A DNA stretch of 64,000 nucleotides. Origin: an uncultured virus (IMG/VR IMGVR_UViG_2846068587_000001). Its lineage: Duplodnaviria; Heunggongvirae; Uroviricota; Caudoviricetes. This document shows, in pieces, positions 54,009 to 64,000 of the stretch. A program made the position numbers and the translations under genes. The notes under the pieces are model-generated. The model was not told where the DNA came from, did no database searches, and was given only the letters and a program-made list of their open reading frames with translations. The stretch is taken from the IMG/VR virus record IMGVR_UViG_2846068587_000001, one strand, 5' to 3'. Numbering within the stretch: the first letter of the stretch is position 1; each line of letters starts with the position of its first letter.

Positions 54009-55448
54009 ATGGGTATTCAGGGTCTAGCGGAGGGGCTGCTGGCCGGTTTCAACGCCGCCGATCATGCGTTGAATCGCCGTGAGGCGTGGCGTAGACAAGA
54101 GGCCGAGAGTCAACGTCACCAGGCGAATAGCGATCGCCTGTTCACGCAGGCGAAGGAGCAAATGGATTGGAACCACGCGTATCAGCAGCGCCAGGAGGCC
54201 AGGGAGGATAAGCGTTGGGCGATGGGACAAGCCTTGGATCGTGAGCGTTTGGCGTTGATGAAGGCGGATCACGCGGAGCACCGAGCGCAGCAGATGAGAG
54301 ATCGGCGCACGTTACAGGAGATGCCGCTGGTTAAAGCGGGCTATGACGCGCTGCAAAACGGGCAGTATGAGCAGGCTAATCGCATTTTCTCACAGGTCTC
54401 TACGGACAGCCCACTGCACCCGGTACACTATTTTGGCCAGCAGCCGGTCGGCGTGGCGAAAGCGATCATTCAGGATGTGCCCAAAGTGCTAGCGGGGGAG
54501 TTGGATTACAACAGCCCCGACGCGATGGCGATATTGAATCAGGTCTTCGCCGCCGATCTGAAACGTAGCATTGGTCAGACTGATCCCGACAGCGGCAAGA
54601 AAATCACCGATAGCCAGCTGATACACCTGGGGCGAAGCGAAGATCAGCAGGGTTTTATCGGAACCCTCCAGATCACCTATGACGATGGCTCCTCTGCCGA
54701 GAAGCCGCTGACCCGCAATGGCTCTAGCGACCCACGGGATACCGTACCGATTATTCCGGTCAACGATCTGCTGGGGGGGCTGTACAACTATGTGCGTACC
54801 GTGGGTTATATCAACCAGCCGCAGCAGGTCGAGTTTATGAATCGTCTGGTTAACCCCGAGTCGGCTCCGCAAGAGGATAACCGCATGCTACGTGACTACC
54901 AGCGTTATGCCTATGAGCTGGACAAAGAGGAGGCCGGTGCATTGGTCGGTCTTGAGAAGCAGGACAGCCGGGCAGAAACGCAAGCTTATTATGACGGGCT
55001 GCGGGCACGGCTCGCACAACGTTTCGGTTATCACACGGAGGATGACCCGTCAGCGCAAGCCTTGCCCGCCGCGCTCCAGAGCTGGGCGGGGAGCGATGCG
55101 TCGAAGCAGGCCTTCTTGCGTGAGGGACACCAGCGCGGCGTACTGCCGGCAACGGTGACCCCGCGTCAATTGGACGCCATGTATGCCGATGCCCAATCGT
55201 TGTCGCAGAGTCCAGAAGGTAAGGCGCGGGCGTTTGCCCAAGAAAGCGATGACGCGTTGGATCGTAAGGCCGCTTTCCTGCGTAGTGATTTACAACATGC
55301 TACCGCGCCCGAACTCCGCTCGCGAATCGCCGGTGAGTTGATGGCACTGGAGCGGGAGTTAATGCGCCGTCAGAGCAAACCTGACCCGCGGGCGAGCCAG
55401 GAGCCCTCGCAGACTGACGCATTGTCCACGCCGTTTGAGGATCATTGA
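54009..55448 (+). CDS. Putative ejection (DNA transfer) protein
   Basis: GLAEGLLAGF N-terminus, coiled coils. Confidence 0.6.
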   Translation: MGIQGLAEGLLAGFNAADHALNRREAWRRQEAESQRHQANSDRLFTQAKEQMDWNHAYQQRQEAREDKRWAMGQALDRERLALMKADHAEHRAQQMRDRRTLQEMPLVKAGYDALQNGQYEQANRIFSQVSTDSPLHPVHYFGQQPVGVAKAIIQDVPKVLAGELDYNSPDAMAILNQVFAADLKRSIGQTDPDSGKKITDSQLIHLGRSEDQQGFIGTLQITYDDGSSAEKPLTRNGSSDPRDTVPIIPVNDLLGGLYNYVRTVGYINQPQQVEFMNRLVNPESAPQEDNRMLRDYQRYAYELDKEEAGALVGLEKQDSRAETQAYYDGLRARLAQRFGYHTEDDPSAQALPAALQSWAGSDASKQAFLREGHQRGVLPATVTPRQLDAMYADAQSLSQSPEGKARAFAQESDDALDRKAAFLRSDLQHATAPELRSRIAGELMALERELMRRQSKPDPRASQEPSQTDALSTPFEDH

Positions 55449-55535
55449 TGGAGCCTCCTTTCCTTCCATGAACCGCTGATAGGCGGTTTTTTTACGCCTG
55501 AAATTTAGGCATTCCCCTCTAGCCGGAGGCATACC

Positions 55536-58500
55536 GTGGCGAATTCCCCTCAAGATCTGCGCCCTGAACAGCAACGATACGCTGTCGAGCGGCAGTCGTT
55601 GAATATCCAGCAACCGGATGAAGGCCTGGCGCGCTACTGGGACAGTTATGATCCCCAGAAATACTCCGGGCTTTCTGATGAGTCAGCGGAAAATAGCGGC
55701 AATATTTTTTCCGACACCGGTAATCTGCTCCTGAGTGGTGTGGCCTCTACGGCAGCCAGCCTGCGGGAAGGGGCAAGAAAGGCGATGCCAAATAGTGTCG
55801 TTTCTACTGCCGCGGATCTGCTTGCCCAAGGATTGGGTTTTGATGAAGAAAAATTTTGGCGAGACAGTCAACAAAAGGCTGTGAGTCGGTTGTCACCGGA
55901 TATGCAGCAGGCGCGGGACAAGACGTTCTGGGAGAGCGGCCAGGGCTTTGGGGAGGCCTGGAGTGATCCGCGCAGCTATTTCGCCGGGGCCGTCGAGTCG
56001 CTGCCGGGTATGGTGGTGTCCATGGTACCGGCCATGAGGCTGGCTAAGCTTACCTATAGCGCGAAGGTAGCGCAGGGGGTCGCGGCGGAGCAAGCAGCGA
56101 AACAAGCAGCGCGGGTCGCCAGGTTGGCCGGAGCCATCTCGGAGGGGGTGCAGGCAGGAGGCGCGTCATCCCGTACGGTTAAAGAGACCATTTATACCCT
56201 GCCGGATGATGTATTACAGAACTCGGAGGCGGTACAGAATATGTTGTCCTCAGGGATGAGCGTGGAGGCGATACGCCGGGCGCTGGCGGAGGATGCCTCG
56301 ACCAAGGCGTTTCTCATTTCGGGGGTGGCGACGGGAATGTTCGGCGGCCAAGGCGATACGGTGATCGCCAAAATTATGACCGGTCAGCTCAAACAGGGGG
56401 TGATGAGGCGCTTTGCCAAAGGGGCGGTGGCTGAGGGGCTTTTTGAGGAAGTCCCGCAGTCGGCTCTTAGCCAGATGGCGGAAAACTATGCCTTACAATC
56501 CGCCGACCCGCAGCGCCCGCTCTCCGATGAGGTAATGAATCAGGCGCTCGGTGGACTGGCCATCGGCGGCGTGATGGGCGGATCGCTGGCGGCGGGGAGT
56601 CGCACGGGTAAGTGGCAGGCGCAACACGATACGCAGCAAGCAAAAAACGATCAGCTGGCGACAGACGATGCCGCAGGGCCAACAGAGGCGCAAGCGCAGG
56701 AGGCCTATTCACGCTATCAAACGCAGTTTGCGTCGTTGGATCGCGACACGCTGTTACAGCATTACGCCGAGGCCGATCTGTCTGAGGCGCCGGATGCGGC
56801 AGAGAAAAAACGCGCGGCCCATGAGCGACTACAGGCGCTAGAACATGACGAGGAGGTCAAGAAGGCGGCGAAGGCGTTGCGCGGGTTACCTCGAACCGAT
56901 CTGCTGGCGCAGTACCATACGCTGAATGAAAAGGCGACGCGCACGGCGACGGAGCAGCTACAGTGGGAGGCGGCCCGTTGGCTTCTGAGGCAGCGGATGG
57001 CCGCGGCGACCCCACGGACTTCAACGAGTGCGGCATCGGGGGATGGGGTGGAACAGGAGAATGCGGCACGGGAGGATTTGCGGACATGGCAGGCCGCCCC
57101 CTTATCTGACCAGCATATCCGCGGGGGCCCTGAATCTATGAACGAGGCCCGCTGGCTAGGGGCCCCTCCCGATCCTGCTGTGGTGCAAGCGTCATGGCCG
57201 GAGGAAAAAACGGTCGAGCTTTCCTCGCAGCCAGCTTATCAGCGACGCGATCCACGGATTCAGGGTTTTGCGGAGGATAGCCCGTTACAACAAGTGTTAT
57301 CTCAGCCTGGGGCACCTTCGGCGATAGAGCTGGTCCAGGCGCAAATGCAGCGTGGTGAGCAGGGGCTGACGCCTGATGAATGGAGGACGCAATTACAGGC
57401 GGAAGAGTCCCGCCAACAGCGAGCGCCCCGGTTACCCGCGCCGGGAGATATTTCACCGGGAAGGGGATTTCCGCTACCGGGCCCGGTGGCGCAGGTGGAC
57501 GATAGGCCAGCAGGGTCTGAGCCAGAGTTTTCTGCGGGGGTTCGCACGGTTTTACGTCCTGGCGAAGCGGACTCACCAGGCACGGCACAGAGGGCTGCGC
57601 AATCATCAACAAATCCTGCGTCAACGTCTGAACAGCGTGCCGTGGTTATGCCCACGTCGATGGAGCCGCAGGCTAGCGGGCAGCCTCCGTCTGTGGTACC
57701 GCCGGACGATAAGGGGGCTCGCGTCGAGCGGGATATCCCGGCATCGACCGAGATCGCGCCGGAGCCACGCCAGAAGACGTTTTATTCACACCAGCCCGAT
57801 CGTCCGAACGGTAGCTTATCTTTTGAGCGCGTGTCGCAGATTGTCCAAGATTTTGAACAGGAGTATAAGGGTAATATCCCTATAGAGATTAGGGTTTACC
57901 GGCGTCAGGAGGATGCATATGGACCACAAGCCACCAGAGAAAACGTTGGACGTATTGCCGGAGCCTTCCACGGAGGGGCAGGACGAAGGGCAGTATCTCG
58001 ATATCCCGATGCGAGTAACGCGCTTCGAACCGCCGCCGGCACCCTCCACGGAGGGAGAGGGCAAGTATCTGGAGATCCCCGAACTGATAACGTTACGCGA
58101 CCCTCCTTTGTCTTGGTCAACGCCGCCAGCATCCGAGACGAAGCCGATGCAAGACGTACCCTGCGACACGAAATCCTCGGCCACTTCGGCCTCAATACCT
58201 TTACGCCAGCGGATAAAAGACAGATTTTGGACGCGATTATGGCGGCGCAAGGAGAAAAAGAACTAAGCACGTTGTGGAATGAGGTCAGACGTGGCTACTC
58301 CCATAAGTCTCAGTCTATCCAGGCTGAAGAGGTGTTTGCCTTAGCCGCCGAGCAGGAGCGAAAGGAGCGCGGCGTCCGTTCTGGGCGGCGTGTTATCCCA
58401 GCTCGCGTATTACATCTTGTGCAGAAGGGATTACGCCGCATCGGACTGGTCACGGGAGGCATGAGGCTTGGCGAACTGTATGATGCCGTGGATGCAATTT

Positions 58501-61500
58501 CTGAAGGTATTCGACATGGTCATCGTCAGCAACAGATCTTCCCGGTGGATGATCATGCGCAGTTTAAGCGGGAGGAGGCTGACGTTGCCGACGGGCGTAC
58601 GCTGCCGCATCCGGCTCAGCGCCCGCCTTGGCCAGACGATTTCCCCGATGTGGTGCTCCATGCCCGGCTGGGGGGCGCGACGGGCCATCCTGACTACACG
58701 GCGGCCAAAAACGGGGATAAAGACGCTGCTTACAGGTTGGTTGCTGATGTGCTTAATAAGGCTGCCATCGACGATATCAGGAGTATCATCGGTAACCACC
58801 GCGTAGTGTTGACCGCCGTTCATGCCGAAGAGGCGAGCGGACGTAATAAAATTCCGTTGGCGATGGCTGAGGTATTGGGAAAAGTTCTGCATCAAGAGGT
58901 CGATAGCGGCATCGTGCAGACTGTGCGAGTGGGGCGCAGCGGAATGGATGGTTTTGCTCGCCTAGCCAATCAACCCAGTTTCGCCGGAGAGGTGCGCCGC
59001 GATGCGCACTATTTCATCCTGGACGATACCCTGACGCAAGGGGGCACCTTGGCCGGATTGCGGGGGTATATCGAGGCGCAGGGGGGCCAGGTGATCGGCG
59101 CCTCGGCGTTGACGGGTAAAATGTATTCAGCAAAAATGGCGTTATCGGCATCGACATTGTCGCGCCTGCGCGTCCATTTTGGAGGGAGCAACCTTGAAGC
59201 GTGGTGGAAACAACAATTTGGCTACGGTTTCGACGGACTCACCGAGTCCGAAGCCCAGTACCTCCTTCGTGCCGGGGACGCTGACGCCATCCGAGATCGC
59301 CTCCTTGCAGCGCGACAAACGGGAGGCTCACCAGTATTACCAGAAACTACTGGAGACGGTAGACCTCTCCCACCTGATGTAACCAACCGCTCTGCGCAAA
59401 ACGCCTCCCAACACGGAGGCGTTTCTGTTTTAGGCGAGGATAACCGGCTGACGGAGACGGGACACAGCCCAGAAGTCGCCAGCGGGAATAACCCGATCCC
59501 ACAGATTAATGCCGTCGTGCGGGGCGTCCTGCGCAAGCTGAATGCGCCATCGCTGCATGTGCGGGTCGTGCAGACGCAGAAAGAGGCCGAGCCCTTGGCC
59601 GGTGAACCGCTGGAGCAATACGGCAAGGTTCACGCCTTCTACCGCCCACAGTCGCGGGAAATCGTACTGATTGCCGATAACCTCCCTACGCCGCGCATGG
59701 TGCGGGAAAAACTGCGCCATGAAGTGATCCATCACGCCTTAGAGCAGGTGATCACGCCCGAGGAGTACCAACGCATCATTGACCGGGTGATGGAGACCCG
59801 AGCGAGCCGAGATGCGGTGATCCAACAGATTTGGCGCCGAATCGATGCCGCCTATGGACAGGAGTCGGTCGCGGTACAGGCCGGGGAGTTTCTGGCCCAC
59901 ATGGCAGAAAAACAGATGCCGGGCCGCTTTAGCGCGTTATGGGATCGGGTCGTCTCACTGATCAAAACGCTCCTCAACCGCATCGGGCTGCTGCCTACGG
60001 TCGATGCCGAGAATCGCATCTATCTACGAGATACCTTACGCACCTTGGGTCAGCGGCTACGCCAGGGGTATCGACCGACCGGCTCCGCCACATCAGCCGA
60101 TGTCCCCAACGCGAAGGCGTCTACACCGCAAGAGCCCCTCAATCCGCTGGCTGACGATGTGCGCAATAATCAGTCCCGTTACTCGCGTGAGGGCAGCGCC
60201 CTTGAGCAAACGATACGGCGTAAAATGGGACTCGAACCTGAACATGGCTGGGGCGATAAGGCGCACGATTTCTACCGTGATTGGAAGGCCCAGAGTCCAT
60301 CGGCGCGTCGGGCATGGCTGCGTGATCTGGGACGGCGCTTAAATACCGCCACCTTTGATGGCCTGGCACCGATCAAATATGCCGAAGCGAGCCAAGGCAA
60401 CGTGGAGGCGGCCCGTTCGGCCTATATCGCCGCGCGCCTGGCCGCCGGCGCCAATACGGTGATGGCGGCGACGCTGGAGCATGGCCTACCTGTCTACAAT
60501 CCGCAGAGTGGCGTCATTGAGCGCAAGGCGGGCAGCGGCAAATCGGATGCCTTGCTGGGGATCTTGGATGCGCTGGGGAAACACCGCGAGGACTTCTTTA
60601 TTTGGATTGCCGGGCATCGCTCCGAACGCCTGATGCAAGAGGGGCGAGAGAAGCTGTTCAGCGCCGATGAAATTCGCCATATGAAGGCACGGGATCGCGG
60701 CAAGGAGACGCTCTTTGCCCAGCAGAAGGTAAAGTATGACGCGCTGGTCAAATCCCTATTGGATTTACAGCAGGCCACCGGACTTATCGATCCCGAGCGC
60801 CGAGCCGTGTGGGAGGATGCCTGGTACTTACCTTACTTTCGCCAGACCGAGGATGGCGGAGTATTGGGGCCTTGGTCTACCCGCGGGATCGCCAACCAGC
60901 GCAGCACCGTACGGCGTCTGAAAGGGGGTGAGCAGGCGATCAACGATCCGGTCGAGAATCTGGTGAATTACGTGGCGCGCGCCATCGATGCGGCGATGAA
61001 GAATGAGGCGATGCGCCGGATGGTGGTCAATCTGGCGGATAGCGGCGTAATTGCGGTGATCGAGAAACCCAATCGTATCGACTATCAGCGCCTAGGTAAG
61101 CGCCAGGGCGTGGCCAAAGTCTATCTGGAGGGCGAGGAGCAACTGGTCGAGGTGAGCGATCCGGCGTTATTCCGCGCCATCACCATGATGGATATGGAGC
61201 GCAGCAATGCCTTGTTTATGCGTGCCGCGCGTCAGGCTAAACGCATTCTGACCATCGGCACCACCAGCATGCCCGATTTTATCATCCGCAACTTTATGCG
61301 CGACTCGTTGCATTCCTGGGCCATCAATCCGGATGGGGTCCGCGCCGTCACCAGCGCCTGGGCCGGGCTGAAAAAAGCCTACCGCCAGGATGATACGCTG
61401 ATCGAGATGATGTTCGCCGGTGCCACCTTTGGCGGCGGCTATGCCAACGCCTATGATCCGGCCAGCACCGCACAGAGTCTGCGCGCTATCCTGCGGCGCA

Positions 61501-62774
61501 AGGGGTACAGCGACAGCCAAGCGCGCCAGTTCGAATCCACTATTCTCCGCGATGGGCAGGACGTATTACGCCGATTAGGTGGCGTCTGGTCGCGCTATCG
61601 CCACCTGAGCGAGGCGGCGGAGAATGCTAACCGCGTCGCGACGTATCAGGCGGCGTTAAAGGCGGGTAAGGGCAGAGCTCAGGCGGCCTATGAGGCGCGC
61701 GATTTGATGGACTTCAGTATGCAGGGGGCGGCGAAGAGCATGATCGTCCTGACGGACATGTTGCCCTTCTTCAATGCCCGTATGCAGGGGCTGGGCAAGT
61801 TGGCGCGTGCGGTAAAAGCCGATCCACAGGCGGTATTGAAGCGGGGCGGCCTGATCGCCGCCGCCTCCGTGGCGCTGTTGGCGGCCAACTGGGATGACGA
61901 TCGTTATGAGGCATTGCCGGATTGGGATAAGGATATCTACTGGCATTTCTTCATCGGCGATCAGCACTTCCGTCTGCCGAAGCCGTTTGAGATTGGGCTG
62001 ATGTTCGCGACGCTACCGGAGCGGATGATCCGCGCCATCGGCGGGCAAGAGAGCGGGAAAAAATTCGCCAAACTGGTGGCGCACAATTTCATGGAGCAGC
62101 TGGCGTTTAATCCCATTCCCCAGATCGCACTGCCGCTGGCCGAGAACCTGGTGAACTATGACTTTTTTAGCGGAAATCCCATCGAGGGAATGGCCGATGC
62201 CAATCTGCTCTCTGGCGCCCGCTATGATCAGCGCACCAGCCTGCTGGCCCGCCAGATCGGCGAGCAGTTGGGTTGGTCACCGAAGAAGATTGACCACCTG
62301 ATCACCGGCTATACCGGCACCCTGGGCGCCTATGTGCTCGGGGCGATGGATATCGTGCTGCGCGGCATGGGGGATTACGGCGAACGCCCGGCGCTGCGCG
62401 TCGATGAGCTGCCGGTGATCAAGTCGTTCCTGCGCGGATCGGCTGCGCCGAAATCAACCCAGTACAGCGACGATTTCTACCGCATGATGCAGCAGGCCAA
62501 CCAGGTTTATGGCACGGTGCAGCGCTGGAAACGGGAGCGCCGGCTACAGGATAGCCGTGCGCTACAACGGGAGCAGCGCCACATCTTAGCCAGCCGGCCA
62601 CGGCTTAACCGGACGCAGCAGCAGGTACGCCAGCTAAACAGCCAGATCCAGATGATACAGCTGCACACCCGCCTCAGCGCCGAGGAGAAACGCCAGCGCA
62701 TCGACAAGCTACTGGCGCGCCGCAACCACATCGTCCAGCAGGCGGTGAAGCGGATGAATCGGTGGTTTGAGTAG
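55536..62774 (+). CDS. Giant polyvalent virion/ejection protein (two zincin-like motifs, PRTase-like domain, LPD38-like C-terminus)
   Basis: LRHEILGH (~58161), ILDDTLTQGGT (~59015), LRHEVIHH (~59712), LPDWDKDIYWHF...LPKPFEIG. Confidence 0.8.
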   Translation: MANSPQDLRPEQQRYAVERQSLNIQQPDEGLARYWDSYDPQKYSGLSDESAENSGNIFSDTGNLLLSGVASTAASLREGARKAMPNSVVSTAADLLAQGLGFDEEKFWRDSQQKAVSRLSPDMQQARDKTFWESGQGFGEAWSDPRSYFAGAVESLPGMVVSMVPAMRLAKLTYSAKVAQGVAAEQAAKQAARVARLAGAISEGVQAGGASSRTVKETIYTLPDDVLQNSEAVQNMLSSGMSVEAIRRALAEDASTKAFLISGVATGMFGGQGDTVIAKIMTGQLKQGVMRRFAKGAVAEGLFEEVPQSALSQMAENYALQSADPQRPLSDEVMNQALGGLAIGGVMGGSLAAGSRTGKWQAQHDTQQAKNDQLATDDAAGPTEAQAQEAYSRYQTQFASLDRDTLLQHYAEADLSEAPDAAEKKRAAHERLQALEHDEEVKKAAKALRGLPRTDLLAQYHTLNEKATRTATEQLQWEAARWLLRQRMAAATPRTSTSAASGDGVEQENAAREDLRTWQAAPLSDQHIRGGPESMNEARWLGAPPDPAVVQASWPEEKTVELSSQPAYQRRDPRIQGFAEDSPLQQVLSQPGAPSAIELVQAQMQRGEQGLTPDEWRTQLQAEESRQQRAPRLPAPGDISPGRGFPLPGPVAQVDDRPAGSEPEFSAGVRTVLRPGEADSPGTAQRAAQSSTNPASTSEQRAVVMPTSMEPQASGQPPSVVPPDDKGARVERDIPASTEIAPEPRQKTFYSHQPDRPNGSLSFERVSQIVQDFEQEYKGNIPIEIRVYRRQEDAYGPQATRENVGRIAGAFHGGAGRRAVSRYPDASNALRTAAGTLHGGRGQVSGDPRTDNVTRPSFVLVNAASIRDEADARRTLRHEILGHFGLNTFTPADKRQILDAIMAAQGEKELSTLWNEVRRGYSHKSQSIQAEEVFALAAEQERKERGVRSGRRVIPARVLHLVQKGLRRIGLVTGGMRLGELYDAVDAISEGIRHGHRQQQIFPVDDHAQFKREEADVADGRTLPHPAQRPPWPDDFPDVVLHARLGGATGHPDYTAAKNGDKDAAYRLVADVLNKAAIDDIRSIIGNHRVVLTAVHAEEASGRNKIPLAMAEVLGKVLHQEVDSGIVQTVRVGRSGMDGFARLANQPSFAGEVRRDAHYFILDDTLTQGGTLAGLRGYIEAQGGQVIGASALTGKMYSAKMALSASTLSRLRVHFGGSNLEAWWKQQFGYGFDGLTESEAQYLLRAGDADAIRDRLLAARQTGGSPVLPETTGDGRPLPPDVTNRSAQNASQHGGVSVLGEDNRLTETGHSPEVASGNNPIPQINAVVRGVLRKLNAPSLHVRVVQTQKEAEPLAGEPLEQYGKVHAFYRPQSREIVLIADNLPTPRMVREKLRHEVIHHALEQVITPEEYQRIIDRVMETRASRDAVIQQIWRRIDAAYGQESVAVQAGEFLAHMAEKQMPGRFSALWDRVVSLIKTLLNRIGLLPTVDAENRIYLRDTLRTLGQRLRQGYRPTGSATSADVPNAKASTPQEPLNPLADDVRNNQSRYSREGSALEQTIRRKMGLEPEHGWGDKAHDFYRDWKAQSPSARRAWLRDLGRRLNTATFDGLAPIKYAEASQGNVEAARSAYIAARLAAGANTVMAATLEHGLPVYNPQSGVIERKAGSGKSDALLGILDALGKHREDFFIWIAGHRSERLMQEGREKLFSADEIRHMKARDRGKETLFAQQKVKYDALVKSLLDLQQATGLIDPERRAVWEDAWYLPYFRQTEDGGVLGPWSTRGIANQRSTVRRLKGGEQAINDPVENLVNYVARAIDAAMKNEAMRRMVVNLADSGVIAVIEKPNRIDYQRLGKRQGVAKVYLEGEEQLVEVSDPALFRAITMMDMERSNALFMRAARQAKRILTIGTTSMPDFIIRNFMRDSLHSWAINPDGVRAVTSAWAGLKKAYRQDDTLIEMMFAGATFGGGYANAYDPASTAQSLRAILRRKGYSDSQARQFESTILRDGQDVLRRLGGVWSRYRHLSEAAENANRVATYQAALKAGKGRAQAAYEARDLMDFSMQGAAKSMIVLTDMLPFFNARMQGLGKLARAVKADPQAVLKRGGLIAAASVALLAANWDDDRYEALPDWDKDIYWHFFIGDQHFRLPKPFEIGLMFATLPERMIRAIGGQESGKKFAKLVAHNFMEQLAFNPIPQIALPLAENLVNYDFFSGNPIEGMADANLLSGARYDQRTSLLARQIGEQLGWSPKKIDHLITGYTGTLGAYVLGAMDIVLRGMGDYGERPALRVDELPVIKSFLRGSAAPKSTQYSDDFYRMMQQANQVYGTVQRWKRERRLQDSRALQREQRHILASRPRLNRTQQQVRQLNSQIQMIQLHTRLSAEEKRQRIDKLLARRNHIVQQAVKRMNRWFE

Positions 62775-62807
62775 GAATAGTCTGGTTTTTGATTCAAAAT
62801 CAAAGAA

Positions 62808-62831
62808 TAAAACCCGCAGTAGCGGGTTTTA
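62808..62831. terminator. Bidirectional terminator
   Basis: TAAAACCCGC-AGTA-GCGGGTTTTA. Confidence 0.75.
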
Positions 62832-62845
62832 TGGTGCTTCTAGAC

Positions 62846-62989
62846 TTATTTTTTAGTCGTGCAGTTGCATAGCGGAATAGGGAAAGGTTTCCCTTTTTTG
62901 GCGTGTCGAACAACCCCATCTACACATGTAGTGTAGCGGAATATGATCTCACAGGAGCTTCCACATTTGCGACAGGTTCCCATTGCCAT
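62846..62989 (-). CDS. 47-aa Cys-rich micro-protein
   Basis: MAMGTCRKCGSSCEIIFRYTTCVDGVVRHAKKGKPFPIPLCNCTTKK; not in the ORF track. Confidence 0.65.
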   Translation of the reverse strand: MAMGTCRKCGSSCEIIFRYTTCVDGVVRHAKKGKPFPIPLCNCTTKK

Positions 62990-63010
62990 AGCGTTGGTTT
63001 CCCTGCATAC

Positions 63011-63026
63011 CTGTAAACCCATACAG
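63011..63026. promoter_or_regulatory. Putative LexA box
   Basis: CTGTAAACCCATACAG (CTGT-N8-ACAG), 21 bp upstream of the micro-ORF ATG. Confidence 0.55.
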
Positions 63027-63170
63027 ATTGCGATTTGTTGGGAGAACCGCTAGACTGCAACTCGTAGAGGTTGGTTGAGTGTAGCGGTGGGTTTCCTCCA
63101 TACACACTGGAAAATTTCTCAGATTTTCCAGTCCCTAAGCCCTGTTACTAGCAGGGCTTTGATTTTCGAG

Positions 63171-63311
63171 TTACGAATAGCGATATTTTGATACTGGAAT
63201 CTTAATTGGAAAGGCAGTTAGCCCTTTCTGGTATGCAAAGATTCGTTTGCCCTTCACTGTAATGAAAGGGCGGTAGATCGTGATGTATTCTTCAGCATTC
63301 GTAATTGTCAT
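63171..63311 (-). CDS. 46-aa micro-protein, paralogous to 62846-62989
   Basis: IYRPFITVKGKRIFAYQKGLTAFPI resembles IFRYTTCVDGVVRHAKKGKPFPI. Confidence 0.6.
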   Translation of the reverse strand: MTITNAEEYITIYRPFITVKGKRIFAYQKGLTAFPIKIPVSKYRYS

Positions 63312-63370
63312 GGTTTTTACCTGATAAGTTTTGCTGTTGACAAAACCTAAAGCAAGCGTATACTGCAACC

Positions 63371-63431
63371 GCCAAGTTATTCGTATTCGCTTACGATAGG
63401 ATAAGCCAGCGACAGCATTACGCTGGCTTTT
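63371..63431 (+). ncRNA. Predicted ~60-nt sRNA
   Basis: TTGACA-N16-TATACT (63337-63364) followed by terminator AAGCCAGCG/CGCTGGCTTTT with no ORF between. Confidence 0.5.
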
Positions 63432-63433
63432 CG

Positions 63434-63994
63434 TTAACTATATCTAGTATTTGCATTTTTTTGCTTCCAGGTTATAGCTGCCTGCTTGCTAACTCCAAAG
63501 ATGGTACTGATGTCGTCTTCAGACATCGACGGGGTAACTAATCTGGCATCGATAAGGAAGTGACTAGCAAAAACATCAGCTTGCCATTCGCTATCTTCGT
63601 ATATTTTATGTCCTCCAGGAACTTTGTCTCGGGCATAAGCTATCTGATTTCTATGCATTATCAGGTGCCCTAACTCATGCGCAACAGTAAAGCGGGCATG
63701 TTTATCGCCATCGCATAAAGCGTCATAGATGGATTGCTGTAACACAATTTTATTTTTATCTGGATAGGTTACAGCATAACGTCCTGGTAAGTTATGGTCT
63801 TCTACAATTTCTAGGTTAATGATCTCTGATTGCATGAGCGCTTCTAAAATAACCTCTAGCTTAAGATACGGCTTGTTTGTTATCTGAAGCATTTCTCTGA
63901 GGTTATCCCTGAAGTAATGTGCGTAAAATTTGATCTTGTTATGACTTAGAGGTGAAACGCGATGGCCAAGTTCTCGTTTCGCAGTGATCATCAT
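63434..63994 (-). CDS. ImmA/IrrE-family metallopeptidase
   Basis: RFTVAHELGH, EWQADVFA, C-terminal FGVSKQAA HTH-like segment. Confidence 0.9.
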   Translation of the reverse strand: MMITAKRELGHRVSPLSHNKIKFYAHYFRDNLREMLQITNKPYLKLEVILEALMQSEIINLEIVEDHNLPGRYAVTYPDKNKIVLQQSIYDALCDGDKHARFTVAHELGHLIMHRNQIAYARDKVPGGHKIYEDSEWQADVFASHFLIDARLVTPSMSEDDISTIFGVSKQAAITWKQKNANTRYS

Positions 63995-64000
63995 CAGTCC

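Noticed and set aside
57913..58266. Overlapping alternative-frame ORF with internal repeat inside the giant gene
   Set aside because: Explained by a short tandem duplication (~57957-58079) in the main frame; no independent evidence of translation

Overview
The window holds two related lambdoid prophages in tandem, in an enterobacterial host whose genus cannot be fixed from the sequence. Positions 1-~3450 are the right end of a cryptic copy. It has lost about 31 kb (Q, lysis and all virion genes) and carries a PLD-nuclease cargo gene. From ~3935 to the window end is an almost complete temperate podovirus with a gene order like the 933W/Stx group. Its modules are: int (frameshifted)-xis, RecT/RecE, N-cI-cro, replication initiator plus DnaB, nin region, Q, lysis, terminase-portal-capsid, tail fibre, ejection proteins, a 2412-aa polyvalent protein, and right-end cargo (ImmA-type protease plus two micro-ORFs). 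The most notable unexplained structure is in the early-left arm (5.9-20.9 kb). There, AT-rich defence-like genes (HEPN-like, YfbU, TM+PD-(D/E)xK, HNH+2TM, KAP NTPase) sit in cassettes bounded by a recurring 24-bp palindromic site (GTCCGCT-N10-AGCGGAC) with two polarised core types, and the cassette flanks are duplicated and shuffled. This suggests an integron-like, site-directed gene-capture system. Other highlights are two C4/CI-like antisense RNA switches with fully covarying specificity boxes, a duplicated Q-type late promoter, and tandem micro-ORF/antisense-sRNA units with a LexA box. All family calls come from motif reading only; no database searches were run.
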